DNA from: Chiloscyllium plagiosum
Lineage: Eukaryota
Direction of reading: 5' to 3'
Assembly (NCBI RefSeq): GCF_004010195.1
Contig: NC_057716.1
Span: 78,735,630 to 78,799,629 of the forward strand
DNA: 64,000 bases
Both the position numbers and the translations under genes were made by a program. The notes beneath the pieces were generated by a model. It saw nothing but the letters and a program-made list of their open reading frames with translations, was not told where the DNA came from and did not search any database. Of the stretch, positions 51,501 through 63,989 are shown one piece after another. Numbering within the stretch: the stretch's first letter is position 1; every line of letters starts with the position of its first letter.

Positions 51501-52174
51501 TTATTCAAATATGGACAGAAGAGTGAACATAATTTAATAATGCAGCAACTTCGATGTAACTCTGAGGAGAATAGTCTTAGAAACTCTTCTTTTAGACAAG
51601 CAATTAGGTCAAGTTCACTTTACAGTATCAGCCTGTACTCCTTTATAATTAATCTGAAGATGAGATTGAGACTGAAGATTCAGCAACTTTGGGAAAAAGT
51701 GTACAAAGAATTAAACTAGTCTATTGTCTGAGAAAGGTACTCAATTAAATGATTATTGTATATTTCCAAACAAACATATAAGAGTAGCTTATTTTAAATT
51801 GTTCTTTCTGAAAACTGGGGTAGATGAAGGGAGAACATTTGCTGCCAAAGGGAGGCATATTTGACACCATCCTACCTCTCTCAGATTTCACTTACACAGC
51901 CTTCAAGTCAAAAGGGAGATTGCAGGATAACAAAGTATAATATATTAATAACATTATTCAGATGAGTTTTTAACCAAGGATTCTGCCATGGTCACTGGGA
52001 CAATCGTGCACCAATACATATCTTCCTCAGTGAAACTGATCAGCTGCAGAGGCTTTGGTCATTGAAACTAAGAAGTTACAGTCATGACCTGGCGGTCGAA
52101 TGCTGTTCACATGACTCTTTCTCAGAGTGAGCATTCGCTGCTTGGCAAGTGGTTGACAGCTAATGGACATCAAC

Positions 52175-52381
52175 AAGGCAAAAGTGAGGACTGTAGATGC
52201 GGGAAACCAGAGTTTAGATCAGAGTGGTGCTGGAAAAGCACAGCAGGTCAGGCAGATTCCGAGAAGCAGGAAAATCAACGTTTCGGGCAAAAGCCCATCA
52301 TCAAGATTTCCGTCGATTTTCCTGCTCCTCAGATGCTGCCTGATCTGCTGTGCTTTTCCAGCACCACTCTGATCTAAACTA
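52175..52381. mobile_element. PLE-derived fold-back element, ~17-bp TSD
   Basis: Arms agtttagatcagagtggtgctggaaaagcacagcag / ctgctgtgcttttccagcaccactctgatctaaact; TSD agct(a/t)atggacatcaac at 52158-52174 and 52382-52398. Confidence 0.88.
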
Positions 52382-52739
52382 AGCTTATGGACATCAACTT
52401 ATTTGTCTTGCACCTCATCTACTTTCAACTGTAACACCTCATTGTCAGCATTCACCACAACAGGGTTTTTTTTTTAAAACATTGCTTGACCTTAGACATC
52501 TGATACAGAGCAGCAAGACCAAAAGCAGCAGCAGTTGCAGGGGCAACACCAGTGCAGCTGCATTCTTCTTGATCGTGTGCTACTAGAGGGGATGGGCATA
52601 GACATCGTGTTCCAAGGAGACCAGACTATCTCCAATAAAGGATTGACATGCAGAAGATCTGTTCTCTAAATGTGTCTGAAATCCATTGTCTCATTAGCCT
52701 TCAGGTTTCAAGGCAGACTGCTACTGGCATCTGCAGTCC

Positions 52740-53225
52740 CAGGAACAAGGCTTTATCCAAGGAAGGAGAAGTTTCACCACAATGATGAGTAGAATGGAGA
52801 GATTGTCTTCTGACCAAAGCTTGAACAGGTTGGGACTTAATTCATTGGAGTTGAGAAGAATGCGAAGTGATCTCATTGAAATGTACAGGATTCTTCCCAG
52901 TTTGATGGGGTAAATGCCAAGAAGATGTTTCTCCTTATGGGAAAGTGTAGGGCCAGATGGCAGAATCCCAGGATATATGAGCACCAATTTAAGATTGAAA
53001 TGAAGAGGCATTTCTTCTCTCAGAAGATTGAGAGTCTTTGAAACTCTTTGCAACAAAGAGGTGTGGGAGCAGATTCCTTGTGTACATTTAAGACAGATAG
53101 AGATAGATTGTTGATTAATTAGATGAACAAAGAGTTATGGGAAAAAGATAGGAAAGTGGACATGAGGAATGTCAGAACATGATTAACTATGATCCTACTG
53201 AATGGAGTTTCTATTTCTTATTGTC
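52740..53225 (+). mobile_element. Decayed CR1 3' region
   Basis: ttcattggagttgagaagaatgcgaagtgatctcattgaaatgtac; ttcttctctcagaag. Confidence 0.8.
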
Positions 53226-54089
53226 TCAGTGGGCTGAACGGACACAGTGCCAGTGGGCATTGTCCTGCAGGTCAACAGAGAGTCACTTTAGAGTCTCTGG
53301 CTAAGCTCAATGTTGAAAGCTCTTTTCTACTGCAAGGGGAGAAGTCAGATGATTATTAATATTAGCAATGGTGAGGAGAGAAAACTTACATTTGTAAAGG
53401 GCAGTTGTAAGTCATGGATGTGAGAAGATAAAAGGATGACAGTGAATGTGAGTGCTACTTGTTAAGATGGGGATGAAAGTTGCCAGCAGAGAAAGAAATG
53501 TGTGCACCTTTTAAATAAGGGGTTCAACATTGAATGCAGCATTACAGATGTGACCTTAAAAGAGTTTGATACAACTATAGCAAAACACCCTTATATATTT
53601 CATGCCCTTTGCAATAAACAGCACAATTCAATTTGTTTTCCAACTCACTTGTTGTTTCTGCATTGTAACTCTATTTGATTTATATCTGCACATGCGGATC
53701 CTCGATACCTCTGAATTCTTTTTGTGAGGAATCACGGACACTTCATCTGATGTATACAAAGGGAATATCTTTGATATTTGTACAGGTATTTGAACGCTGC
53801 ATCTTGGGATTTGATTGGAAACTGGCATCATTTTAGTGCAAAGATGGCACATAAAAAGGGAGAAATTAAAACTCTCTGAATTAGGATGACGCTGCATGTA
53901 TGTAAATGCAGGGTGTGCAGTAGATAAGTTTGGACAAATTTCAGGCACAGAATGCTATGTATATTTAAATGCTCTGATGATAACATAGATCTATGTAATG
54001 GAGGGGTGGGACTATGTACATAATATTCCTGGTTAAAAGATGTCCAGGAAAGATAGCAAAGAAAGAAATCAATAAGGAGAGTGTGACTG

Positions 54090-54872
54090 TAAGATACAGA
54101 AGCAGAATGAAGCTATTCAGTCCTTCAAGTCTGGTCCATCATTCAATCATGGCTGATATATTTCTCAATGCCATTCACCTACCTTCTCCCTGCCACCTTT
54201 GATTCCCTTACCAATCAAAAACGTATCTATCTATCTCCGTCGTAAATAAACTCAATGACTTGACCTCCACAACCTTCAGTGCCATTGAGTTCCACAGATT
54301 CATCATCGTCTGGCTGAAGAAATTCTTCTTCATTTAAAGGGTTGTGCCTTCACTCTGAGGCTTTGGCCTCAGGTCCTAGTCTCTCCTACCTGTGGGAAAC
54401 ATCTTCTCCATGTCCACTCCATCCAGGCCTCTCAGTATTCCAGAAGTTTCAATGAGATCTCCCATCATCTTTCTAAACTCTATTAATCATAGACACAGAG
54501 TCCTCAACCACTCCTCATATGAAAAGTCTTCATCCCTGTAAACCTCCTCTGGACCCTTTCTAAGGCCAGCACATCCTTTGTTAGATACAGGGCCCAGATC
54601 TGCTCATAATATTCCAAATGCAGCCTGGCCAGAGCCTTATGCACTCTCAGTAGTATGTCTCTGCTGTTGTATCAAAATGAATGAGAACATTGCATTTGCT
54701 TTCCTAACTGCCAACTGAACCTGCATGTTAAGCGTAAAAGAATCCTGAACGAGGACTCCTATGTCCTTTTGTGCTTCAGATTTCCAAAACCTGTTCCCAT
54801 TTTGAAAATAGTCTATGCCTCTATTCTTCGTTACAAAGTACAGAACCTCACAATTTCCCACATCCGGGATCA
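54090..54872 (-). mobile_element. CR1 3' region
   Basis: Antisense CEVLYF..QKDIGVLVQDS..QVQLAVRKANAM. Confidence 0.88.
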
Positions 54873-55427
54873 TCTCCTTCTACTTTGTGAGTTTTTCGCA
54901 TGTGGAATGACAAGATTTTTATCAAATAATGGAGAGTTGCCAATCAAGGGAGATTAACGCTTGACAGCCCAACTCATTCAAAAGGTTCTGATCTTGCCAA
55001 ACTCCCCCACAAATACCAGGAACATTGGATATGGAAATCAGAGAAGGTACCTGGTAGATTCAGCTTGCTGCTTGCTCCAAACCACCTCCATATTGAAAAC
55101 CTGGCTCCAACATTTCAAGGTATGTTTCATGGCCACCAGCCACCTGCACAATCATTGGTAGCCAACTTTCATCATTGACCCAGTTACAGGACATTTCTAC
55201 ACTTCAACACTGCGTCTTGGAGAGCACCAGCAAGTATTATTATAATGCTGCTGCAAAGACACTTTGTGTTCAGGAAGATGCACCTAGCTCATGGACTAGG
55301 GTGCATCTCTCAGCTTTTTACCTGTTCTCACAGTGTTCTGAGTGGACCTGGGTGCTCACAGCACCCCGACATGGAATAGACTTGACATGCTGCTTTGCAC
55401 TTTTCCCTCTCAGCCAAAAATGTCAAG

Positions 55428-55550
55428 CTGAGGGTCACTCAACCCAAAATGTTCACTCTGATTTTCCCCCACAGATTCTGCCAGGTCTGCTGAGCTTTTC
55501 TAGCAATTTTTGTTTTTGTTTCTACTTTACAGCATCCACAGTTCTTTCAT
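55428..55550 (+). mobile_element. PLE terminus fragment
   Basis: ctgagggtcactcaacccaaaatgtt..ccacagattctgccaggtctgctgagcttttc. Confidence 0.65.
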
Positions 55551-55553
55551 TTA

Positions 55554-56380
55554 AGTTTAATTCAGATAAATGTGAGGTGCTGCATTTTGGGAAAGCAAAT
55601 CTTAGAAGGACTTATACACTTAATGGTAAGGTTTTAGGGTGCGTTGCTGAACAAAGAGATCTTGGAGTGCAGGTTCATAGCTCCTTGAAAGTGGAGTCGC
55701 AGGTAGATAGGATAATGAAGAAGGCATTTGGTATGCTTTCCTTTATTGGTCAGAGTATTGAGTACAGGAGTTGGGAGGTCATGTTGCAGCTGTACAGGGC
55801 ATTGGTTATTCCACTGTTGGAATATTGTGTACAATTCTGGTCTCCTTCCTATCGGAAAGATGTTGTGAAACTTGAAAGGATTCAGAAAAGATTTACAAGG
55901 ATGTTGCCAGGGTTGGAGGATCTGAGCTACAGGGAGAGGCTGAACAGGCTGGGCCTATTTTCCCTGGAGCGTCGCAGGCTGAGGGGTGACCTTATAGAGG
56001 TTTACAAAATTATGAGGGGCATGGGTAGGATAAATAGACAAAATCTTTTCCCTGGGGTCAGGGAGTCCAGAACTAGAGGGCATAGGTTTAGGGTGAGAGG
56101 GGAAAGATATAAAAGAGACCTAAGGGGCAATTTTTTCACGCAGAGGGTGATACGTGTATGGAATGAGCTGCCAGAGGATGTGGTGGAGGCTGGTACAATT
56201 GCAACATTTAAGAGACATTGGGATGGGTATATGAATAGGAAGGGTTTGGAGGGATATGGGCCGGGTGCTAGCAGGTGGGATTAGATTGGGTTGGATAGTC
56301 TGGTCGGCATGGACAGGTTGGACCAAAGGGTCTATTTCCATGCTGTACATCTTTATGACTCTATGACTCTATTACTCTAT
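55554..56380 (+). mobile_element. HER1/CR1 LINE, 5'-truncated, RT C-terminal region without stops
   Basis: FNSDKCEVLHFG..QRDLGVQVHSSLK..LEYCVQFWSP..RRRLRGDLIEVYKIM..FFTQRVIRVWNELP; (ctatgact)n tail. Confidence 0.96.
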
Positions 56381-56939
56381 ATTATTCTTCTCTTGCTATG
56401 CCACTTAGAGCAGTCACAAAGCCTGAAAGAGTGCCAAAGTTGTCAGCAGGTCTCAATCAAGTCAAGAAGAATAGACTTTGCTCAGTGAGTCTCAGCACAG
56501 GAAGTCAAGGGCAGCCTCTGACACCAGTCCATACACTGCTCGGGAAGCTCAGCATCAGAATCCTCCTCCTATAATGGGTCAGAATGATGGACAGCACACT
56601 ACCTATCTTCAGACTTTTGTTTTCTTCTTGTGAATTTGTCTGCCCTCCTGGAATGAGAGAGAGGCAGGTATTATGGAAATGAAAATGGGTGGCACAGATA
56701 TTACTGTTGGTGCAGGATTGGAGGAGGTGAGGGAGTAAAAACATCCTCAGGTAGTGAACATGCAGGCTTAGTGGTGTTTTGGACAGGAGTGGGCGACAAG
56801 AAGTGGGGAAGATGTTGCAGGTAACATTGAGAGGGGTAGAGCATGAAGCTTGATGGGAGGTGCATACAGAAATAGAGACTCGGTGAGCAATAGTGATGGA
56901 AAATGGATCTTTTTCAGGTGATTATGGGATTTTCCAAGG

Positions 56940-57490
56940 GTCAGTATTAGAACATTTGATTTTCCTGATTTATATGAATGTTCTCCATCTTGGAAAGCAC
57001 AGGACAATTTCAAAATTTGCAGACAATACAAAAACTTGGTAGCATTGTAAACTATGCTTCACAGAAGAACAGGGTGAACATTAAAAAAAAAATTATCAAC
57101 TTGTGGAAAAGGCAGAAAGATGCCAAATTAAATTCAATCCATCTGTGTGAGATGAATACTACTCCAAAGGGGGGTGCACGAGTAGGCAGACTTGTGTGCA
57201 TCAGTCATTAAATGTGGTAGGGCAATAGAGAGAGCAGCTAAGAAAGGCTACAGTATCTGAAGACTATGAATAGTGGCCAGGGTACAAGGGTAGAGAGGTT
57301 ATGCTGAATCTGTATCAGATACTTGCATGTACTTTTTCATGTGTATGGAGTTCATGTCTGGAATGTACTGCCTTAGTGTATGGTGGATGTAGGTTTCAAG
57401 TATTCAAGAGGGCATCAAATGATTAGAAATAATGTGCAGTGTTATCGGAATAGGATGGAAGTCATGACGCAGACACGATGGGCCAAATTC
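56940..57490 (+). mobile_element. Old CR1 RT remnants
   Basis: ttcaaaatttgcagacaatacaaaacttgg (KFADNTKL, the FADD motif). Confidence 0.7.
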
Positions 57491-57654
57491 TCTGCAGGAA
57501 TTCTGAGATTCGATTAGCTAGCTAAGATTCAATCTATGCTAACGTGCTTCTCCCTGTCTCTTATTTTGCATAACATATTTAACATGACAACTTGTCAAAT
57601 GCTAAAATTGATTTAATGATTGATTTCTGGAAACACAAGTACATCGCATCCATT

Positions 57655-57772
57655 GAGGTTTCCTGTGACATGATGGTAGTGTCCCTATCTCTGGACTGGA
57701 AAGTCCCAACTTAAGTCCCACCTGCTCAAGAGGTGAACCTAAGCGTGCTTGAACAGATTGATTAAAAATGTC
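57655..57772 (+). mobile_element. Short tRNA-derived SINE family D
   Basis: ggtagtgtccctatctctggact..aagtcccacctgctc..gaacagattgatta. Confidence 0.6.
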
Positions 57773-57774
57773 TA

Positions 57775-58150
57775 GTACATTCACTGGATCCCATTTATTT
57801 ATATTACTTACTAGTTCCTGAAATAGCTCTAAGAAAAACATATTATCCCTTTCACAAAATAATGCTGAATCTTTCTGATAGCATTATGATTTTCTAAATG
57901 CTCCACCATAATCTCCTTAATTGAAATGCCCTGAACTTTCTCCATGGCAGATGTTTAGCTACCTGGTGCACAGTTCCCTGTTTTCTGTCTCCCTTCTTCT
58001 TAAATACAGAGTCACGTTCCAGGACCTTTCTGGAATCTGAGGCATTTCAAACTTTAATATATCTGCTATTCTGTGTCTATCTTTATTAACATCCTAGGAT
58101 GAAGTCCATCAGGACCAGGGAACTTGCCACAGATTTAAATTCCGATAATT
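57775..58150 (-). mobile_element. Old CR1 RT remnants
   Basis: acattcactggatccc; acatcctaggatgaagtccatcaggaccaggg (antisense PGPDGLHPRM). Confidence 0.7.
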
Positions 58151-58964
58151 TTCACAGCACCTTTTCCCAAGAAATTATGATTGCAGGTTCTTCACGCCTT
58201 TTCACAATCCAATTCAAAATTATTTCTGGGGGTTATTTGTCTATTGAGTCAAGCTGTCTACAGGGAGAACCAACTATCAAATTTTGCTTCCTCAAAAGTT
58301 TCCCTCATAAATATATTCGAAGTGCACTACAGGCTGGGAATCAGTGTTTGTGATATTAGACAGTGAATGATTAATGCGTTTATGTAACTTCTTTGTGTCT
58401 GCTAATTTAACATCAGTCTCAAACATTTGTAATAATGGAACTATTCACTTACAGCCTCATCTCATATGATGGGATACTTTAGATGATAATAACAAAATAC
58501 CGTTAATCAATCACAGGTTGTCACCAAGAAGAGTTTGTTTTCGAGATTTTTGCTGGTGTAGTGCTGAGGAGCTGCACTTTCCTTGCATCAATGCAATATC
58601 ATCAGTAAAATAACATGGAAAGAATGAACATAAAAATGTAATGAGCTATGACAGAGCCTGATAATTTCGAACTCTGCATCTTTAAAACAGCTAGATTTGA
58701 CTTTAACTCTGTTTATTATTCTATGGTCTCAAGACAATTTGCATTTAGTACCTTAATGCATGTCACTTATTTTAATTTTAAAAGGAGAGATACTTTTTCC
58801 CAAAGCATATTATATATCCTTGAACAATTTTATAAATCAGGGATGGCTCTAATTGTTAAGTTGAATTGAAATAAATAAAACTAAACTTTATTGAAATTAC
58901 AACATGCAAATTTCACCAAAACCATAATGTGGATGATTACTCATTCAGTTGACAGAGGTAAAGC

Positions 58965-59239
58965 AGCTGCCAAGAGGGCAGTTAACAGTCAACCACATTG
59001 TGGGTCTGGAGTCGCATGTAAGCCAGACCAAGTAAGGATGGCAGAAAGGATATTAGTGAACCAGATGACTTTTTCTAACAATTGACAATGGTTTTATGGT
59101 GATCTTAATTCAATCTTAGTTCCTATTTTTTTCACTGAATTAAAATTCCACTCTCCACCATTAGCAGGATTGGAATGCAGATCCCCATAAGATGACCTGG
59201 ATGTCTGGATTAATAACATAGCAACAATACCACTAGGCC
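58965..59239 (-). mobile_element. tRNA-derived SINE family B
   Basis: agtcaaccacattgtgggtctggagtcgcatgta..aataccactaggcc. Confidence 0.72.
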
Positions 59240-60642
59240 CTTAATGATCTGTTCCTTCAAAATTACATAACACAATGTATACATGATTTCGCTGTGCACA
59301 TGAATTATCAATAAATGGCAATCATGCTTGTGCCTTCACAGTTTTGTTTCTTGTATCGTTTGCTGATTTCACTTCTTTCTTGTGTATCTTTGATTCAGGT
59401 TATGCTGTTAGTTAGTGATGCTGTCAATCAAATTCCCTCATTTGTACACCTCTCCCAATAACATCTTTCCCGCATTGCTGTGTTTCAATTTTAACTGATT
59501 ACACTTTTATAAAGTGCCTCAAGATACTTTCCCATGTGAAGGACACGAGATAAATTAAAGTTTCTATTGCTGTTGGTATTCATCTACAAGAGTCCATTAT
59601 CCAAGTAGATTACTGAGCATTCAAATTTATGAAGGGCTGGAAAGCCTCCTTTGTTCTCTTTTGTATCGTATACACAATGTTAATTTGAACAATGAAATCT
59701 TTTGAAAGGGCAAGGAGAACTGAATTTGCCTTCATCCTTTTGAATTTTCAAAGTTAAATCAGATTGAAGTAAATAGACCAAAAATTAATGAAAGTATCTG
59801 AGATCTAAGCAGAATTATGATGTTCAATCACTCTCTGAAATCCAGGCTAATTAGCCAACACTATGCAAATTGCAATTGCTTCTACAATAGCAGAAATGTG
59901 ACTTCTTCATCCTCTCCAAACAAATACCAGGCAGTAGCAAAATTACCAATCACTAAACTACCTCTGTATACCATTTACCGTACGGAAAATACTATAGACT
60001 GGATGGAGCATAAATTCGGTGCGCACATAGAAATTTCCATTTCTTTGGAGATGAGACCTTGTGCAACTGTCACAAAATCCTAACATAACATTGAAGAGAT
60101 CATCCATTTGTTCCTTGAACATTTCACAGAGTACAATTACTCTTGTAGAGCTCAGTAAATTCTCTCACACCGCATTGTTATGATTCTCCCTCTGGTCTAT
60201 TCCATTAGCTTCCAGAATACTGAACTATTACAGTACTACTACATTATTACAGTGGGATATCCTGAGATGATGAAAGAGCTACACAAATGTAAATCATTCT
60301 TTCTTTTATTTTGATATGGAAACCAGCAGTTTTTCTTCCTGAATTTCTGAAAATGAATGTGAATGAGTGTGACATTAAGACTCAAAAGCTATCAGGGTGC
60401 TGCAGAAAAGTATATGGCACACTGCTGGATGAAGATTTTGTTAAAAAAAATAACTTATTCACTTTTGAGGTCAGTGAAGAAGCAGACTTCCATCTCCTTA
60501 ACATTTCAAGACTGAATCATCTGGGCAATATTACTCATATTCAGTGGATCAGCCTCGAATCAGAAAACAGCAGTAACGAGGGAGTATGAATAATAAACTT
60601 AATTACATAACCTATGAAACATAAAGTTGGCATAATCTAATA

Positions 60643-60835
60643 AATAGGCTGGTCTCTCACTAGAGAGAGAGAGATGAGGGGTGGTGGTTTAATCTGAGGG
60701 TCACCACGCCTCAGGTGAAGGAAGAGGTTGAGAAGAGAGTCCTTTATGGTAACCTCAGCCGGTGCAGGAACTGAACCTATCAACCACTTCAGATGATGGA
60801 CTAGCAATTCAGTGAAATGAGCAAGTAGACCCCCG
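60643..60835 (-). mobile_element. tRNA-derived SINE family C
   Basis: Reverse complement of 30731-30938 (ggtggtttaatctgagggtcacc..atggtaacctcag). Confidence 0.75.
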
Positions 60836-61099
60836 ACCTCGCACCTATAAAATATTGCTAAAAACAAACAAACTCAATGAATGTAATGAAAAATTGAATT
60901 ATATGTTTTTTTGGTATTTCATGATTTTATAAAGTCACTTTTTAAGGCCAATTTCAAACTTCCTAACTCTCTCACTGAAAACATGTTTGTTCGTTTTTTT
61001 TAATGGACTTAAAAACATATATGACAAAACATCAATTATCGAAATATTGTAAAATATGTTTGCAATCTAAATGAGCATGCAATTATATTGTACTTCAAC

Positions 61100-61686
61100 A
61101 GAGTCATTGAGTCATAGGGATGTACAGCATGGAAACCAACCTTTTGGTCCAACTCATCCATGCCGATCAGATATCCTAAATTAATCTAGTTCTATTTGCC
61201 ATCATTTGGCCCATATCCCTGTGAGCCCTTCCTATTCATATACCCATCTAGATGCCTTTTAAATGTTACAATTGTACCAGGCTCCACCACTTCCTCTGGC
61301 AACTCATGAACAAATTGCCCCTCTTAAATTATACCCTCTACTTTTAGACTCCCCTACCCTAGCGAAATGACCTCGACTATTCACCCTATCTAATGCCCCT
61401 CATGATTTTATAAACTCTTTAAGGTCACCTCTTAGTCTCCAGTGCTCCAAGGGAAAATAGCTCAGCGTATTCAGCCTCTCCTTGTGGATCAAACATTCCA
61501 ACCCTAGCAGTTTCCATGCAAATCTTTTCTGAACACTTCCAAGTTTCACAACATCTTTTCTGTAGCAGGGAGACCAGAACTGAATGCAATAGTCCAAATG
61601 TGGTCTGACTATGTCCTGTACAGCCACAATATAACCTCCTAAATCCTATACTCCATGCACTGACCAATAAAGGCAAGTGTGCCAAA
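61100..61686 (-). mobile_element. HER1/CR1 3' region with internal deletion
   Basis: Antisense VRPHLDYCIQFWSPCYRKDVVKL..RLRGDL; gagtcat tail. Confidence 0.92.
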
Positions 61687-62117
61687 TATTTAAAGCTTGT
61701 GACATTTTATTTGAGATTTGGAAGATTGTCCAAATTTGTAGCTGAAGTCGTTCTAGAAGTCTAGCTTTTTTTCTTACAAAACCGGAGTGCAAGAGAATAC
61801 TTAAAATTTAAACTGGAGGAAACAGATCTGTGTAAGCATCATCTATATTTAATAGTCACTGCTTGTGTACTGTGCATGCGTAAGCCTATTATCTAGGACA
61901 ATAGCCTCTTGAGGAAAAAATATAAAATTAGGCAGCTCTAAGTAATAAAATTAAAATCAAGATATTCAAGCAAAATGAAAAAAAATCAAGCTTTTTTACA
62001 CAGTCATATTCTGGCCTGTCAAATATCAGGGAAAATATTAAGATGTTACATTCCAGAATATTTGTATTTAAAAGGACTGTATGTTGGAGATAAGGTATTG
62101 TTCGTTCATTTGAAAGA

Positions 62118-62503
62118 GTGGCACTGTGGCTATATTATGGAACAGCAATCCTGACGTTTAGGCTTGCAATCCATAGACAGAGGTTGTGGCAGCATAGAAT
62201 TTAAATTCAGTGAATTAAGTACATCTGGTATAAAAAGAAATCAGCTATAGTGCCCATGAAGCTACTAGATTGTCATAAACACTCACAAATGTACTTTAGG
62301 GTAACAAATCTGCTCCTCTTATTCCTGATCTGGCTGATACATAAATCCAGTAACACAAAATTAATCCTTAATTTCCCTCTTAACTGAGAAAATCATGCAC
62401 TTAGAAAGAAGATGGCTCATCGCCAACTATTCAAGGGGTAGTAGGGAGAGCAATAAATGCAAGTTTCATCAGCAATGCCTAAACCATATGCATGAATAAA
62501 AAT
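62118..62503 (+). mobile_element. tRNA-derived SINE family B, diverged
   Basis: gaatttaaattca..catgaagctactagattgtc..tttaggg..aatctgc; tail gcaataaatgc..catgaataaaaa. Confidence 0.6.
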
Positions 62504-63273
62504 CATTCTTGCTTAATTCTACAATGGATGGATTGGATCAGTAAATATACCCAAACAATAAACAGCAAAACATAAAATATCAGTATATTACACATTTCAA
62601 ACTGGTCCGAATTGCTTTCATTCAGTTTTTAGGCATGCCAGAGATGATCATCAAGACAGGAGGATGCCACTTCGAGTTGTGTCCTTGTGCAAATCCTTTA
62701 ATGGAGCAGTTCTGATCAAGTGTTGCAAAGTTGAGTAAAGTAATTGCAGATTGGGAGACAGAAAGTTAGAAGTTGGTGTGTGTAAAATTATAAAATTGTG
62801 TAATTGTAAAATGGGGAAAGCATTTTGTGATCCTTTTAAAAGGTGGTGTTTATTTTTTCTGTGCTTAGATCCTATAAAAATGGATGTCTATGAACTGCAG
62901 CTTTAAAGTTTGCAGGAACAGAGAGTCCTGAATAAAAACATTTTGTATCGAAAGGCTATAGAGTTAGCAAGTCAAGCAGCAGTGTTTAATCAAAACAACA
63001 GGTTTAAAATTTAGCCAATCAATTTGAATCAGGCCTTTAGATACCAAAAATCTATTCAATTTAAATCGGATGGTTTTGACAATGTGGGACCAATCTTATT
63101 GTCAGATATTGATATCGCCATCATGGGTATAAAAGAAGGGGGTAGTTGGATCAAGCCCCAGAGCTAACTGCATTTGCTAGAGCTAAGAACCCTCAGCTCT
63201 TGAGAGAGAAATCGGCTGTCACAATCATCTATGTATTATAGAAAACACCATCTAAATAATAACAGCACCAACA

Positions 63274-63563
63274 CTCACAGCGCCAGAGACCCGGGTTCAA
63301 TTCCCGCCTCGGGCAAGTGTTTGTGTGGAGTTTGCATATTCTCCCCCTGTCTGCGTGGGTTTCCTCCGGGTGCTCCGGTTTCCTCCCACAGTCCAAAAAT
63401 GTGCAGGTTAGGTGAATTGGCCATGCTAAAAATTGCCCGTAGTGTTAGGTGAAGGGGTAAATGTAGGGGAATGGGTCTGGGTAGGTTGCTCTTCGGAGGG
63501 TCAGTGTGGGCTTGTTGGGATGAAGGGCCTGTTTCCACACTGTAAGTAATCTAATCTAATCTA
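63274..63563 (+). mobile_element. HE1 V-SINE, slightly 5'-truncated
   Basis: ctcacagcgccagagacccgggttcaattcc..(taatc)n tail. Confidence 0.94.
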
Positions 63564-63914
63564 AACTGGGCAGACATTCCTGACAGAAGAAGAACAAAGG
63601 AGGCATCTAATGTGAAAGGAATGATGGAGGAGGCACAGAACATTCCGGAAGATACGTAACCTGGTGTAATTTAAGATAATTATTTCTATTTCTTTGTTAC
63701 ATGAGTGATATTTGTATTTATTGGAACAGCATATCATTAGAACATTGCGCTATTCAGGAATAGTTAGTAAAAGGGATTTGTTTGGTTTTTCTCACTGTTA
63801 GAGTAAGATAATTAAATTGTTAATTGCTGATTGTAAAGTGAATGTCATGGATTTCTTTTATTTAACCACGAGAAGTTGCTGGGAAAAAATGGGTTACTTC
63901 TCACACTCCTTTTA

Positions 63915-63989
63915 TTGCTGTGGTTCTGTTCGCCGAGCTGGAAGTTTTTGTTGCAAACGTTTCGTCCCCTGGCTAGGCGACATCATCAG
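63915..63989 (-). mobile_element. Penelope pLTR end containing a hammerhead core
   Basis: Reverse complement of 7075-7150: ctgatgatgtcgcctagccaggggacgaaacgtttgc. Confidence 0.9.

Noticed and set aside
55175-56284. 369-aa ORF as a host gene
   Set aside because: It is a chance fusion of unique DNA, a PLE terminus and a 5'-truncated HER1 RT C-terminus. It has a non-ATG start and lacks the catalytic RT core.
60311-60589. 92-aa ORF
   Set aside because: No recognisable domain, non-ATG start, and no convincing splice signals.
2779-63538. Recurrent similar short ORFs (DCGRKPEHPEETH, GGTVAQWLALLPHSARD, MRTADAGD)
   Set aside because: These are translations of SINE and pLTR repeats, not a gene family.
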